From assembly GCA_003353945.1 (NCBI GenBank), contig PIVM01000001.1, positions 31,811 through 95,810 on the forward strand: DNA of 64,000 nucleotides, read 5' to 3'. How positions within the stretch are numbered: the first letter of the stretch is position 1; every line of letters begins with the position of its first letter. The notes beneath the pieces were generated by a model. That model was given only the letters and a program-made list of their open reading frames with translations. It searched no databases and was not told the DNA's origin. Position numbers and translations under genes: made by a program. Shown here piece after piece: positions 20,034 to 33,865 of this stretch. Source of the stretch: Gammaproteobacteria bacterium (GTDB lineage: Bacteria; Pseudomonadota; Gammaproteobacteria; Pseudomonadales; PIVM01).

Positions 20034-21395
20034 CTACTTCTTTTTTTCAGGGCGTTTCCAGTCAGGAATATTTCTTTGTTTACCACGCGCTATTCCCAGC
20101 TCATTGCTGGCAACTTCCCTGGTAATGGTAGAACCCGCACCTACCGTTGCCTTTGTTCCAATTCTAACTGGCGCGACCAATGACGTATTGGAACCAATGA
20201 ATGCACCATCTTCTATTACGGTTTTAAACTTATTTACGCCGTCATAATTGCATGTGATTGTACCAGCACCAATATTGACCGCCTCGCCAATTTCACTGTC
20301 ACCAATATAGCTCAGATGGTTCACTTTAGAGCCTCGACCAATATGGGTTTTTTTTGTTTCCACAAAATTGCCTACTTTGGCTTTTTCAGCCAACTTGGTA
20401 CCGGGCCTTAACCGAGCAAACGGCCCGATGCTGCACCCGTCTGAAACCTCGGTTTGATCTAAAATACTATTGGCTTGGATATCAACATTATTACCAATGA
20501 CAGAATTTATAATAATTGTATTCGCGCCAATTCGCACATTGTCACCAAGTTTTACTTTTCCCTCAATGATGACATTGACGTCAATAACCACATCCTGCCC
20601 GACCTCCAGTTCTCCGCGTAAGTCAAAGCGACCTGGATCAAGCAGGCTGGCACCCTGTTCCATTAACACAACTGCCTGTCGCTGTTGATACCAACGCTCT
20701 AACTCGGCTAATTGCACACGGCTGTTAACACCTTGCACTTCCTGTTCCTGCCCAGGCTGCACTGTCTCGATTTTGATGTTATTTTGTGCTGCCAGTGCGA
20801 TCACATCTGTCAGATAATACTCCCCCTGAGCATTGTTATTGGATAAGCCGGGCAACCATTGACGTAAATGTGAGGATTTTACTGCTAGAATGCCGGTGTT
20901 GATTTCCTTGATCGCCAGTTGCTCGTCTTTGGCGTCTTTTTGCTCTACGATTGCCGACACTAAACCCTCGCCAGAACGAATGATACGACCATAACCACTT
21001 GGAGCATCCAGCTCTACGGTAAGAAGCCCTATTTGTTGTTCATTTACCAAGCTAAGCATTTTATTGAGTGTGCTTATATGGATCAGTGGTACATCGCCGT
21101 ACAGTATTAACACAATACTGTCTTGTCTCAGATAGGGTAATGTTTGCTGAACCGCATGACCCGTACCTAATTGCTCTGATTGAATCACGCAGTTAACCCG
21201 GCTATCAACGGATTGTTTAACCTGTTCTGCGCCATGACCAACCACTAAATGAATGTGACTACTTTCTAGTTGATTGGCCGTATCCAGAACATGCTGAATG
21301 AGGCTCTTGCCAGCCAGTTGATGCATTACCTTGGGTAAATCGGATCGCATACGAGTGCCTTGACCGGCGGCAAGAATAACAACATCAATGTTCAC
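20034..21395 (-). CDS. glmU: Bifunctional UDP-GlcNAc pyrophosphorylase/acetyltransferase
   Basis: ILAAGQGTRMRS, EYYLTD, hexapeptide repeats, TCNYDG. Confidence 0.99.
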   Translation of the reverse strand: MNIDVVILAAGQGTRMRSDLPKVMHQLAGKSLIQHVLDTANQLESSHIHLVVGHGAEQVKQSVDSRVNCVIQSEQLGTGHAVQQTLPYLRQDSIVLILYGDVPLIHISTLNKMLSLVNEQQIGLLTVELDAPSGYGRIIRSGEGLVSAIVEQKDAKDEQLAIKEINTGILAVKSSHLRQWLPGLSNNNAQGEYYLTDVIALAAQNNIKIETVQPGQEQEVQGVNSRVQLAELERWYQQRQAVVLMEQGASLLDPGRFDLRGELEVGQDVVIDVNVIIEGKVKLGDNVRIGANTIIINSVIGNNVDIQANSILDQTEVSDGCSIGPFARLRPGTKLAEKAKVGNFVETKKTHIGRGSKVNHLSYIGDSEIGEAVNIGAGTITCNYDGVNKFKTVIEDGAFIGSNTSLVAPVRIGTKATVGAGSTITREVASNELGIARGKQRNIPDWKRPEKKK

Positions 21396-21437
21396 GGTGT
21401 CTCCTTTATTACTGAAATGGATTTATTTTACGGATAT

Positions 21438-21467
21438 AAAAAAGGGTAGCTCAAGCTACCCTTTTTT
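21438..21467. terminator. Intrinsic terminator after atpC (symmetrical)
   Basis: A6-GGGTAGC-TCAA-GCTACCC-T6. Confidence 0.9.
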
Positions 21468-21500
21468 ATCTTACTTTTTGTCAAAGAAGCGTTAGAAAAA

Positions 21501-21926
21501 TTACTGCCCTAGCTTTTTCCTAATCTGCTGCAGAGTCCTTAACTGAGCTGTCGCCTCCGCTAACCTAATTGCTGCTCTGGAATAATCAAAATCACTATTG
21601 CGGTTGGCAATCGCATGCTCAGCTTCTTTTTGTGCTTCAATTGCCGCCGCCTCATTGATGTCATCTGCCCGGATAGCCGTGTCAGATAATACCGTTATTA
21701 CACCTGGCTGCACTTCCAAGTATCCGCCGGACAGATAATAGACCTGCTCATCGCCTTCTTGTGTCGTAATACGAATCGGACCTGGCTTTAGTGAGGTCAA
21801 TAGAGGTGCATGACCCGGTGTAATACCCAAGTCGCCCATACTACCTGTGGCTACCAGAATCTCCACTCTCCCAGAGTAAATTTCCTCTTCCGCACTGACG
21901 ATATCACAATGGATAGTCATCGCCAT
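21501..21926 (-). CDS. atpC: ATP synthase epsilon
   Basis: [26 protein letters not shown]. Confidence 0.98.
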   Translation of the reverse strand: MAMTIHCDIVSAEEEIYSGRVEILVATGSMGDLGITPGHAPLLTSLKPGPIRITTQEGDEQVYYLSGGYLEVQPGVITVLSDTAIRADDINEAAAIEAQKEAEHAIANRNSDFDYSRAAIRLAEATAQLRTLQQIRKKLGQ

Positions 21927-21974
21927 ATTTTCACACCTCTAATCTACACCTCTAGCCGTATAAGCAAACGCTGC

Positions 21975-23405
<1,431 letters not shown>

Positions 23406-23439
23406 TTAGTGTGAAAAACGTTTTCACACTCAATATTAA

Positions 23440-24306
23440 TTAGGAAATTGCCGCTGCACCGCCAACAATTTCTGATATTTCCTGCGTGATAGCCGCTTGG
23501 CGCGCCTTGTTATAAGCCAGCTCCAGACCGTCAATCATATCCCCGGCATTGTCTGTGGCGCTCTTCATGGCAATCATTCGCGCAGCTTGCTCACACGCAC
23601 CGTTCTCTACAACCGCTTGATACACCTGGGATTCGATATAACGCGCTAGCAAACCATTCAGTAATTCTTTGTCATCTGGCTCGTAGATATAATCCCAGTG
23701 ACGTTTAACATCATCTTGAACTTCTTCTGCTTCCAACGGCAATAACTGCTGAATGCGTGGATTTTGGGTCATGGTACTGATAAATTCATTGCCAACTAAA
23801 AACAGCTTGTCAATCTTGCCATCACTGTAACCATCTAACATGACCTTAACACCACCAATCAAATCATGGATTGCCGGGTCTTCACCTAAACCACGTACAG
23901 CTGCGACAACATTACCACCATAGCTATTAAAAAATGCTGCACCTTTTGCACCCACTAGGCACAAATCAATCTCTATCCCCTTATCATCCCAACCTTTCAT
24001 GCCCTTAATAGCTGCTTTAAACATATTGATATTAAGGCCACCACATAAACCACGATCCGTCGCAACGATGATAAAACCAACTCGTTTTACTTCTCGCTCC
24101 TGCATGAATTTGTGATGATATTCTGAGGTTGAATTGGCAATATGACCCACAGCAACGCGAATACGTTGAGAGTAGGGTTTTCCAGCCTGCATGCGCTCCT
24201 GTGCCTTGCGCATTTTACTGGCTGCAACCATTTCCATCGCACTGGTGATTTTTTGCGTATTCTTAATACTCGAAATCTGGGTGCGAATTTCTTTTCCAAC
24301 TGCCAT
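23440..24306 (-). CDS. atpG: ATP synthase gamma
   Basis: [37 protein letters not shown]. Confidence 0.99.
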   Translation of the reverse strand: MAVGKEIRTQISSIKNTQKITSAMEMVAASKMRKAQERMQAGKPYSQRIRVAVGHIANSTSEYHHKFMQEREVKRVGFIIVATDRGLCGGLNINMFKAAIKGMKGWDDKGIEIDLCLVGAKGAAFFNSYGGNVVAAVRGLGEDPAIHDLIGGVKVMLDGYSDGKIDKLFLVGNEFISTMTQNPRIQQLLPLEAEEVQDDVKRHWDYIYEPDDKELLNGLLARYIESQVYQAVVENGACEQAARMIAMKSATDNAGDMIDGLELAYNKARQAAITQEISEIVGGAAAIS

Positions 24307-24363
24307 AGTCTGTACTCTAGCAATTCAGTAGATGAAGGCAGCTAAAACTACCTTCACTGGGGT

Positions 24364-25908
24364 TTACCACGTCTGGGTTGATTTGAACTTCTCAACGATT
24401 TCCTTGAATTTTGCTTCCAAGTCGTCGTTCCAGTCACCAGTTTCAACAATACTTTTCATCATATCAGCGTTTTCGCTGTTGACGAAAGATAGCAAGGCTG
24501 CTTCGAAGTCGCCGATCTTAGCAACATCAATATCCCTCAAATAGCCTTCATTGGCGCAATAGATCATCAAACCCATCTCCGCAATATTTTGCGGTGAATA
24601 CTGTTTCTGCTTCATCTGCTCCGTAACGCGCTCTCCATGATCAAGCTGAGCTTTAGTCGCATCATCAAGGTCCGATGCAAACTGTGAGAATGCTGCCAAC
24701 TCTCGAAATTGCGCTAACGCAGTACGAATACCACCGGAAAGCTTCTTCATGATCTTGGTTTGAGCAGCACCACCCACTCGAGATACTGAAATCCCCGCGT
24801 TCATCGCTGGTCGAATACCGGCATTGAACAAGTCTGTCTCAAGAAATATCTGCCCATCGGTGATTGAGATAACGTTTGTGGGTACAAAAGCAGAGACATC
24901 ACCTGCCTGGGTTTCGATAACCGGCAAGGCAGTCAATGAACCGGTTTGTCCCTTCACTTCACCGTTAGTGAACTTCTCAACATATTCTGCATTAACCCGA
25001 GAAGCTCGCTCTAGCAAACGTGAGTGGAGATAAAAAACATCACCTGGATAAGCCTCTCGTCCGGGTGGACGACGCAACAACAATGAAATTTGGCGATAAG
25101 CCCAAGCTTGCTTGGTCAAATCATCATAAATAATCAAGGCATCTTGACCACGGTCACGATAGTACTCGCCCATGGTGCAACCGGAAAACGGAGCCAAAAA
25201 TTGCATCGCTGCAGGATCAGAGGCTGTGGCGGCAACGATAATGGTATGTTCCATCGCGCCGTGTTCTTCCAGCTTACGTACAACAGATGCGACAGATGAG
25301 GCTTTTTGGCCAACCGCAACGTAGATACACTTAATGCCCGTACCTTTCTGATTGATGATGGCATCCACGGCAATGGCGGTCTTGCCCACCTGGCGGTCAC
25401 CGATAATCAATTCACGTTGTCCACGACCGATAGGAACCATTGCGTCAATGGCTTTCAAACCAATTTGCACGGGTTGTTCCACTGATTTTCGAGCAATAAC
25501 GCCTGGCGCTACCTTCTCAATCGCGTCCGTCATTTTTGCATTGATCGGGCCTTTACCATCAATTGGATTTCCAAGTGCATCAACCACTCGACCCTGCAAT
25601 TCTTCACCAATCGGTACTTCCAAAATTCGATTCGTGCACTTACAAGTCTGACCTTCAGCCAGGCTTTCATAGTCTCCCAGTACCACTGCACCAACGGAAT
25701 CTCGCTCAAGGTTTAACGCCATACCGTAGACGCCGCCCTCAAATTCAATCATTTCACCGTACATCACGTCGGTTAAACCGTGAATACGAATAATGCCGTC
25801 GGTAACACCAACAATGGTGCCTTCGTTCTTAGGCTGGGTTGACACATCGAGCTGCTCGATGCGACTTTTAATTATTTCGCTGATCTCTGAGGGATTCAGT
25901 TGCTGCAT
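24364..25908 (-). CDS. atpA: ATP synthase alpha
   Basis: [22 protein letters not shown]. Confidence 0.99.
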   Translation of the reverse strand: MQQLNPSEISEIIKSRIEQLDVSTQPKNEGTIVGVTDGIIRIHGLTDVMYGEMIEFEGGVYGMALNLERDSVGAVVLGDYESLAEGQTCKCTNRILEVPIGEELQGRVVDALGNPIDGKGPINAKMTDAIEKVAPGVIARKSVEQPVQIGLKAIDAMVPIGRGQRELIIGDRQVGKTAIAVDAIINQKGTGIKCIYVAVGQKASSVASVVRKLEEHGAMEHTIIVAATASDPAAMQFLAPFSGCTMGEYYRDRGQDALIIYDDLTKQAWAYRQISLLLRRPPGREAYPGDVFYLHSRLLERASRVNAEYVEKFTNGEVKGQTGSLTALPVIETQAGDVSAFVPTNVISITDGQIFLETDLFNAGIRPAMNAGISVSRVGGAAQTKIMKKLSGGIRTALAQFRELAAFSQFASDLDDATKAQLDHGERVTEQMKQKQYSPQNIAEMGLMIYCANEGYLRDIDVAKIGDFEAALLSFVNSENADMMKSIVETGDWNDDLEAKFKEIVEKFKSTQTW

Positions 25909-25937
25909 GCGCTTGTCCTCAATCCTAAACTGTCTTA

Positions 25938-26474
25938 TTAGGAGTTCATTGTCTCGGCTAATTTTTTCAGTTTTCCACGAACAGAAGCATCAATCACTTG
26001 ATTTTCTGCCCGGATAAACACGCCACCAATTAGAGTTTTGTCGGTGGTCGCCTCTATATTTACAGTGCGGCCCAACATCTTACTCAATACTGTGGCGAGC
26101 GTTTGCTGTTGTGCTTCGGTTACATCGAAAGCTGACTGCAATTCAATATCAACAGTTTTATCTTTCTGTCGTTTTAATTGCTCAAATAGCTCAACTATCT
26201 CTGGAATCAGGGTAAGCCGATGGTTTTCGGCAAGAACGCCAATAAAGTTCTTGCCCTGATCATTAAGCCTGCCATCACACACATCAATAAAGAGTGTCGC
26301 TTTTTCAGTCGCCGTTAATGCAGGATTGCTAATATAGTTTTGAACCAACTCGTGTTCAGAAACTATTTTACTAACCTGCAGCATCGCTGACCATTCAAGT
26401 AAATTTTCCTTTTGGTCCGCTGCCTCAAAAGCCGCTCTTGCGTATGGTCTGGCCAAGGTAATCAATTCTGCCAT
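25938..26474 (-). CDS. atpH: ATP synthase delta
   Basis: [13 protein letters not shown]...VIDASV. Confidence 0.98.
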   Translation of the reverse strand: MAELITLARPYARAAFEAADQKENLLEWSAMLQVSKIVSEHELVQNYISNPALTATEKATLFIDVCDGRLNDQGKNFIGVLAENHRLTLIPEIVELFEQLKRQKDKTVDIELQSAFDVTEAQQQTLATVLSKMLGRTVNIEATTDKTLIGGVFIRAENQVIDASVRGKLKKLAETMNS

Positions 26475-26485
26475 GGTAAACCTCT

Positions 26486-26956
26486 TTAGAGTTCTGCTGC
26501 CAACTTATCTAGCAACTCGCTATGCTTGGCTGCATCAATAGAGGATCCCAATATCTTCTCTGCGCCTGCCAGAGCGATTGCGGAAACATCTCTGCGCAAC
26601 GATTCGCGCGCTCGATTTCGTTCCTGATCAATCTCTGATTCTGCTAACACAATTAATCGCTCACCTTCTTCACGCGCCTGTTCTTTGGCTTCATCAATAA
26701 TCTGCGAAGAACGCTTGTTTGCCATATCGATGATATTCGCTGCTTCGGCCTTGGCATCACGCAACTTTTGCGCTGCCTTGTCTTTTGCCAGATCAAGATC
26801 CTGAGCAGCTCTGTCTGCTGCCGACAAACCTTCTTCAATGGCTTTTTGACGTGCCTCCATCGCTGCTAGGATGGGGGGCCAAATAAAACGCATGACAAGG
26901 TAAACGAATACACCAAATGCAATCATTTGGCCTATAAACGTTAAATTAAAATTCAC
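26486..26956 (-). CDS. atpF: ATP synthase b
   Basis: N-terminal TM, WPP..ARQ, coiled coil; operon position. Confidence 0.98.
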   Translation of the reverse strand: MNFNLTFIGQMIAFGVFVYLVMRFIWPPILAAMEARQKAIEEGLSAADRAAQDLDLAKDKAAQKLRDAKAEAANIIDMANKRSSQIIDEAKEQAREEGERLIVLAESEIDQERNRARESLRRDVSAIALAGAEKILGSSIDAAKHSELLDKLAAEL

Positions 26957-27001
26957 ACCGATCCTCCTTCAGATGGATTCGAAATCGTGGTGTTAATTTT
27001 C

Positions 27002-27256
<255 letters not shown>

Positions 27257-27282
27257 TTAGATGAACAGTTAGTTTAAAACGA

Positions 27283-28224
<942 letters not shown>

Positions 28225-28252
28225 TCAAACCCTGTAGTGATCAACTTACTTC

Positions 28253-28672
28253 TTAGCTATTTCTAGGCCGCTCTATACGTTTTCTGTCATGGAATAACAG
28301 CAACACCGCGTTTGCGAGCAATGCAATAACAAACGCGATAAACAGCGCAAAGATATTTAAAGGATGGATTCCTATAAATACTGCACCAAATAATAAGGCC
28401 GTTAACAACAGCTTGGTTATTTCACCCTTGTAGAACGAGCGAACTATCTGATGTACATCACCTGCTGTTGAGTCTGCAAAAGCGCTTCGGACAAAAAACA
28501 GATTTGGTATTAAAAAAATCAACACACCCAATATTGCTGAGTATGTCGCTACCAAATCCACCCACAAAAAGCTAAACGCTAAAATCATCGCGAGTATAAG
28601 TTGCCATAAAAGCAGCTTAGTTACAGATGGGCGATAGATATGGTGCCACTTTGTCTCGTGCCACTTCTTCAT
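28253..28672 (-). CDS. atpI: ATP synthase protein I
   Basis: Hydrophobic ~140 aa, FYKGE..K motif, first gene of the atp operon. Confidence 0.9.
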   Translation of the reverse strand: MKKWHETKWHHIYRPSVTKLLLWQLILAMILAFSFLWVDLVATYSAILGVLIFLIPNLFFVRSAFADSTAGDVHQIVRSFYKGEITKLLLTALLFGAVFIGIHPLNIFALFIAFVIALLANAVLLLFHDRKRIERPRNS

Positions 28673-28819
28673 ATCTAATAACCCATCTACACTCAGCAGT
28701 CTATCTAGAAAGCCTTTGTGCTATTAATTCTCGCTGACGTTTTGAATATCGCGTTACGACTAGCTTACACGCTTTTTGAAAGATGAATTCAGAATGTACT
28801 ATCAATTCAAGCGCGGCAA

Positions 28820-28848
28820 ATTATATTGATTTAGCAAACTACATTCAA
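28820..28848 (-). promoter_or_regulatory. sigma70 promoter of the atp operon
   Basis: Minus strand TTGAAT-N17-TATAAT followed by GC-rich TTGCCGCGC. Confidence 0.7.
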
Positions 28849-29074
28849 CTAAAAATACAGGTTTTTCGTTGTGATCAGTTATCAGTTAATTTAACAACAT
28901 CATATTTTAGAAAGAGCTTGTTTTTTTAACCCGTGATCGTAAAAGAATAAAAACTGGAAAACTGGAAGATCTCTGAGGAAAGATATTGTTAACCTATTGA
29001 AAGAAATAACAAAATCATAAAACTATATTCAAGTATGTTGATAAGTTTTGGCTGTATAAAAGGAAATGTGATTG

Positions 29075-29962
29075 CTATTTGATGTGATTTAATATTCCAT
29101 CCAATTCATCCAGGCTATTATATTTGAGCACCAATTTACCTTTACCTTTGACCGTATGCTGAATCATTACCGGTGCACCAATGCGTTCAGAGAGTTTTTC
29201 TTCCAGTTGTTTAATATCTGCACTCTTTACAAACACTTGTTTTTTATCTTCTGTCTGAGTCTGAAGACGACGAACAAGAGATTCTGTCTGTCGAACCGAT
29301 AAACCTTTAGCAACAACCGTTTTGGCCGCTTCAATTTGATCATTCTCTGATAATGCTAGAAGCGCCCTGGCATGACCCATTTCAAGATCACCGTGTTCCA
29401 GTAATCGACGAACTTCCTCTTTCAAATTCATTAGGCGCAGCAAATTGGTCACTGTTGTACGGGATTTGCCCACAGCGTCCGCCACCTGCTGCTGAGTCAA
29501 TTCAAATTCCTGTTGCAAACGCAGAAGTGCAGTGGCCTCTTCTACCGGATTAAGATCTTCTCGTTGAATATTTTCAATTAACGCCATCGCTACGGCAGCA
29601 TCGTCTGGCACATCGCGAATAATTACCGGAATATTATCCAAACCGGCCAATTGGCAGGCCCGCCAACGCCGCTCTCCGGCAATAATCTCGTATCGGTTTT
29701 GTTCAGCAATTGGTCTGACGACTATCGGCTGCATCACTCCCTGTAATTTGATACTGGCGGCCAACTCTTCCAATGCCTGGGGATGCATGTCCTTTCTGGG
29801 TTGGTACTTACCCCGCTGAATATACTCCAATGGAAGTTCATTAAGATTACCGCTATTTTTCTCTTCCGACTCAACTATAGGAGCAGTTTCTACTAAAGGA
29901 CTTTGCGTACTCGCCAGTAAAGCATCTAAACCTCTACCCAGACCTCTTTTCTTAGCCGCCAT
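29075..29962 (-). CDS. parB: Chromosome partitioning protein ParB
   Basis: GLGRGLDALL, IIAGERRWRA, ENIQREDL, HTH. Confidence 0.98.
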   Translation of the reverse strand: MAAKKRGLGRGLDALLASTQSPLVETAPIVESEEKNSGNLNELPLEYIQRGKYQPRKDMHPQALEELAASIKLQGVMQPIVVRPIAEQNRYEIIAGERRWRACQLAGLDNIPVIIRDVPDDAAVAMALIENIQREDLNPVEEATALLRLQQEFELTQQQVADAVGKSRTTVTNLLRLMNLKEEVRRLLEHGDLEMGHARALLALSENDQIEAAKTVVAKGLSVRQTESLVRRLQTQTEDKKQVFVKSADIKQLEEKLSERIGAPVMIQHTVKGKGKLVLKYNSLDELDGILNHIK

Positions 29963-29988
29963 CTCTCTACTCTGCCTTTCGCAAACGT

Positions 29989-30789
29989 TTATTCTTCAGT
30001 TTCCATCTCAGGTTCTTTTGCTTTTATTTCGGCTCTGCGTAATATTTCACCAGCCAATACCAGATACGCCTTGGCTCCACGAGAATTTTTGTCATAACTT
30101 AAGGCCGGTAATCCATGACTGGGCGCTTCAGCTAACCTGACATTACGAGGAATACAGGTACGGTATACTTGATCACCAAAATGTTTGATTAATTGTTTGG
30201 AGACTTCTCGTGTCAAACTATTACGTGGATCATACATAGTGCGCAAAATCCCGGCAATTTCCAATTTTGGATTAACAACTTCAGAAATCCTGGAGATGGT
30301 ATTGAGCAAGTCAGTCAATCCTTCCAAGGCATAATATTCACACTGCATCGGAATAAGAACTTTGTCAGCCGCACATAACCCATTGATTGTTAGCATATTT
30401 AACGATGGCGGACAGTCAATAATGATGTAGTCATACTCATTAATCACGCGTTGTAGTGCTCTGCGTAACCTCGTTTCTCTCGCTAAAGCATCCAATAGCT
30501 GTACTTCAGCAGCCGTCAGGTCCGCATTGCCTGGGAGCATATCGTAATTACCCACATATGAACGAATCCGACTTTCCTCTACCGTGGATTGCTCAACGAG
30601 TACATCATAAGTGCTCAGTTCCAACTCTTGTTTGTCAATACCACTGCCCATAGTGGCATTACCCTGAGGATCCAGATCAACGAGCAATACTCTTTTTTTG
30701 GTAGCTGACAAGGAAGCAGACAAGTTGACTGCAGTGGTGGTCTTGGCTACTCCACCTTTTTGATTAGCTACTGCAAAAATTTTACCCAC
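29989..30789 (-). CDS. parA: Chromosome partitioning ATPase ParA/Soj
   Basis: NQKGGVAKTTT, DLDPQGN, IDCPPSL; likely GTG start at 30789. Confidence 0.98.
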   Translation of the reverse strand: MGKIFAVANQKGGVAKTTTAVNLSASLSATKKRVLLVDLDPQGNATMGSGIDKQELELSTYDVLVEQSTVEESRIRSYVGNYDMLPGNADLTAAEVQLLDALARETRLRRALQRVINEYDYIIIDCPPSLNMLTINGLCAADKVLIPMQCEYYALEGLTDLLNTISRISEVVNPKLEIAGILRTMYDPRNSLTREVSKQLIKHFGDQVYRTCIPRNVRLAEAPSHGLPALSYDKNSRGAKAYLVLAGEILRRAEIKAKEPEMETEE

Positions 30790-30825
30790 CGCGAACTTCC
30801 TATTATTTGCTAGCTTAATTAACAA

Positions 30826-31452
30826 TCAGGGCTGTGATCGGCAAATAACAATGAGATGCCGATCACCAATGACGCCTGGCACCCTGAGTTCATGGAAACG
30901 CTCGACATTAAATCCTTTTGGTAGATCCCTCAACTCTTTTTGTGGATATTGGCCCTTCATGGCAAAAAAGTGCCCCTTATAATCACATAAGGGCGCAGTA
31001 TACTCGATCATCTGTGACAAGGATGCATAAGCGCGGCTGAGTACAGAATCAAATAATACAGCGGGTTTGTATGACTCTGCTCTGCAATGAACCACCTTGA
31101 TATTATCCAATTCCAGTTCTGTCTTAACCTGAAGTAAAAATCGTGTGCGCTTGGCGTTAGAGTCAAGTAAGGTAAAAACCTTGTCTGGCATAGCAACCGC
31201 CAGGGGAATACCCGGCAATCCCGCACCTGATCCAACATCAACAAAACGGTCACCAGACAAATAGGGCAAGACACTTAAGCTATCAAGTAAATGCAGAGAC
31301 ACCCTATCAGCAGCTGATTCAACGGCTGTGAGATTATAGGTATGATTCCATTTTTCCAGTAACTGCAGGTATCGTATTAGCTTCTCCTGCTGCCGCTTAT
31401 CCAATGACAGTGATAATTCCGCTAGACCACTGTCTAATAATCTGTCCAACAT
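30826..31452 (-). CDS. rsmG: 16S rRNA m7G527 methyltransferase
   Basis: KWNHTYNLTA, DVGSGAGLPG, SRA, MKG. Confidence 0.97.
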   Translation of the reverse strand: MLDRLLDSGLAELSLSLDKRQQEKLIRYLQLLEKWNHTYNLTAVESAADRVSLHLLDSLSVLPYLSGDRFVDVGSGAGLPGIPLAVAMPDKVFTLLDSNAKRTRFLLQVKTELELDNIKVVHCRAESYKPAVLFDSVLSRAYASLSQMIEYTAPLCDYKGHFFAMKGQYPQKELRDLPKGFNVERFHELRVPGVIGDRHLIVICRSQP

Positions 31453-31468
31453 TGTTTACCCGAATGAT

Positions 31469-33370
31469 TTAGGCAGTTTTTTTATCAACAACGCCATTTT
31501 TTTTTAAAAATATCAGTAACAAAGAAACAGCAGCAGGTGTAATTCCCGATATTCTGGATGCTTGCCCTAATGTTTCTGGTCTTGCCTCCGTCAGTTTTTG
31601 TTGAACCTCATTGGAGAGACCAGAAATGCCACTGTAATCAAAGGAATCGGGCAAAAGCGTATTTTCATAGCGCAGTAATTTTTTTACTTCATCCCGTTGT
31701 CGGTTAATGTAACCAGCATACTTCACTTCGATTTCAATTTGCTCAGACACTTGTGCTGCAACCCCATCGCCACCACAAACCGTTGAAATTGTCTGATAGC
31801 TGATTTCTGGTCGTTTCAGTAAATCGATCAGCTTGTATTCCCTGCTTAAGGGTTTTTCCAGCACATTATTCAGAGCGATAGCTTGTTCACTACCGGCTTT
31901 AACCCAGGTGTTGTTTAGGCGCGATGTCTCGCGTTCAATTGATTCTCGTTTTTTACAATAGCATTGCCATTGCAGATCACCCACCAAACCCAACTCACGT
32001 CCTTTTTCTGTTAATCGTAGATCAGCATTATCTTCACGCAGCAATAAGCGATATTCCGCCCGACTCGTGAACATTCGGTAAGGCTCCACCGTGCCAGAAG
32101 TGATCAGATCGTCCACCATTACACCAATATACGCCTCTTCTCGCCCAGGACACCAAGCTTCTAATTTTTGCACACATTGAGCTGCATTCAAACCTGCCAA
32201 TAATCCCTGGGCTGCCGCTTCTTCATAACCGGTCGTACCATTTATTTGCCCGGCAAAGAACAAGCCATGAACACATTGACTTTCGAGTGATCGTTTAAGA
32301 TCACGAGGATCAAAAAAATCATACTCAATCGCATAGCCAGGTCGCGTTATATGAGCATTTTCCAATCCCTTTATTGACCTGACCAGCTCCAGTTGCACGT
32401 CAAAGGGCAAACTGGTTGAGATACCATTGGGATAGAGTTCATGGGTGTCCAGCCCTTCTGGTTCGATAAATATCTGATGGGATGTTTTATCAGCAAAACG
32501 GTGAATTTTATCTTCTATCGAAGGGCAATAACGTGGTCCAATCCCGTCGATTACACCGGTGTACATTGGAGAACGATCTAATCCACCACGAATAATGTCA
32601 TGCGTTTTTTCGTTAGTATGGGTTATCCAGCAACAGATCTGCCTTGGATGCTGATCACTACTACCCATGTACGACATGGTTGGCAAGGGAGAGTCACCCC
32701 ACTGCTCCTGCAAATCAGAAAAATTGACAGTTCGAGCATCGATTCGAGGTGGAGTACCCGTTTTTAGTCTGCTTATGCGGAAAGATTGCTCGCGTAAGGC
32801 CTGGGCTAAAGCAGTCGAAGGTTGGTCTCCTGCTCGACCGCCCGCATAATTAATCATTCCGACATGAATTTTACCCGCTAAAAACGTACCGGCAGTTAAC
32901 ACGACAGATTGGGCCAAGAAACGAATACCCATTTCTGTGACGATACCTTTCACCGTATCGTTTTTAATGATCAGATCATCCACTGATTGCTGAAACAGTT
33001 GCAAATTGGGTTGATTTTCCAGCATTTGTCGGATGGCTGACTTGTATAGCATACGATCAGCTTGGGCACGTGTTGCTCGAACTGCTGGGCCTTTACGCGC
33101 ATTTAAAGTGCGAAACTGTATACCGGCAAGATCGGTTGCCTTGGCCATTGCGCCACCCAGTGCATCAATTTCTTTTACCAAGTGACTTTTACCAATCCCT
33201 CCAATCGCCGGATTACAAGACATTTGACCCAAGGTTTCAATGTTATGGGTAATCAATAAGGTATTGACTCCCAAGCGAGCACTAGCGAGAGCCGCTTCAG
33301 TGCCAGCATGACCACCGCCAACAACAATGACATCAAATTGGGTAGGAAAATCCATAGTGTTTGTTTTCAT
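31469..33370 (-). CDS. mnmG: tRNA uridine 5-carboxymethylaminomethyl modification enzyme
   Basis: [33 protein letters not shown]; start may be 33355. Confidence 0.99.
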   Translation of the reverse strand: MKTNTMDFPTQFDVIVVGGGHAGTEAALASARLGVNTLLITHNIETLGQMSCNPAIGGIGKSHLVKEIDALGGAMAKATDLAGIQFRTLNARKGPAVRATRAQADRMLYKSAIRQMLENQPNLQLFQQSVDDLIIKNDTVKGIVTEMGIRFLAQSVVLTAGTFLAGKIHVGMINYAGGRAGDQPSTALAQALREQSFRISRLKTGTPPRIDARTVNFSDLQEQWGDSPLPTMSYMGSSDQHPRQICCWITHTNEKTHDIIRGGLDRSPMYTGVIDGIGPRYCPSIEDKIHRFADKTSHQIFIEPEGLDTHELYPNGISTSLPFDVQLELVRSIKGLENAHITRPGYAIEYDFFDPRDLKRSLESQCVHGLFFAGQINGTTGYEEAAAQGLLAGLNAAQCVQKLEAWCPGREEAYIGVMVDDLITSGTVEPYRMFTSRAEYRLLLREDNADLRLTEKGRELGLVGDLQWQCYCKKRESIERETSRLNNTWVKAGSEQAIALNNVLEKPLSREYKLIDLLKRPEISYQTISTVCGGDGVAAQVSEQIEIEVKYAGYINRQRDEVKKLLRYENTLLPDSFDYSGISGLSNEVQQKLTEARPETLGQASRISGITPAAVSLLLIFLKKNGVVDKKTA

Positions 33371-33480
33371 CAGAATTAGGAAGATTATCCAATCTACAGA
33401 GAAAAAGGGCGACCATTATAGCGGATCAACGAAAGGGGGGTAAATTTTGTTCAACTTGATTTTTTTACCCAATCAACCCT

Positions 33481-33853
33481 GCTATTAGTAAATTAATAAG
33501 TAATAGATATTATATATAAGTAGAAAGATATTAAAGAACTTAATATTGTTATTATTACAGCAGTGTATTTCTGTGGAAAACGCCTTGAAATCTATATTTA
33601 TCAATATGTTAAGGTACTTATAATGTCTGTATTGTGAGTGCTTTTGCTTGTGAAAAAGCAGTGGGTTGATTTGTGGATAAGTTGCGTCTTATGAAAAACG
33701 ATAAAGTTAACAGAAGTTTTAGCCTATTACTCAACAACTTACTCACAAAAAGTTAGAGTCTTCATTCTGGTATTGGTCTTACTGCGAATATCTAAGGGAA
33801 AATTGCTGGTTAGTTGTGTAAAACCAGGGGTATGTTTTTAAAACTGTGGATAA
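33481..33853. other. oriC-like region (AT-rich unwinding element, IHF site, DnaA boxes)
   Basis: AT-rich 33481-33560 with TTA/TTG triplets; near-box TGTGGAAAA 33572-33580; IHF consensus TATCAA-TATG-TTA 33599-33611; perfect TGTGGATAA 33672-33680 and 33845-33853. Confidence 0.85.
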
Positions 33854-33865
33854 AGGAAGAAAAGA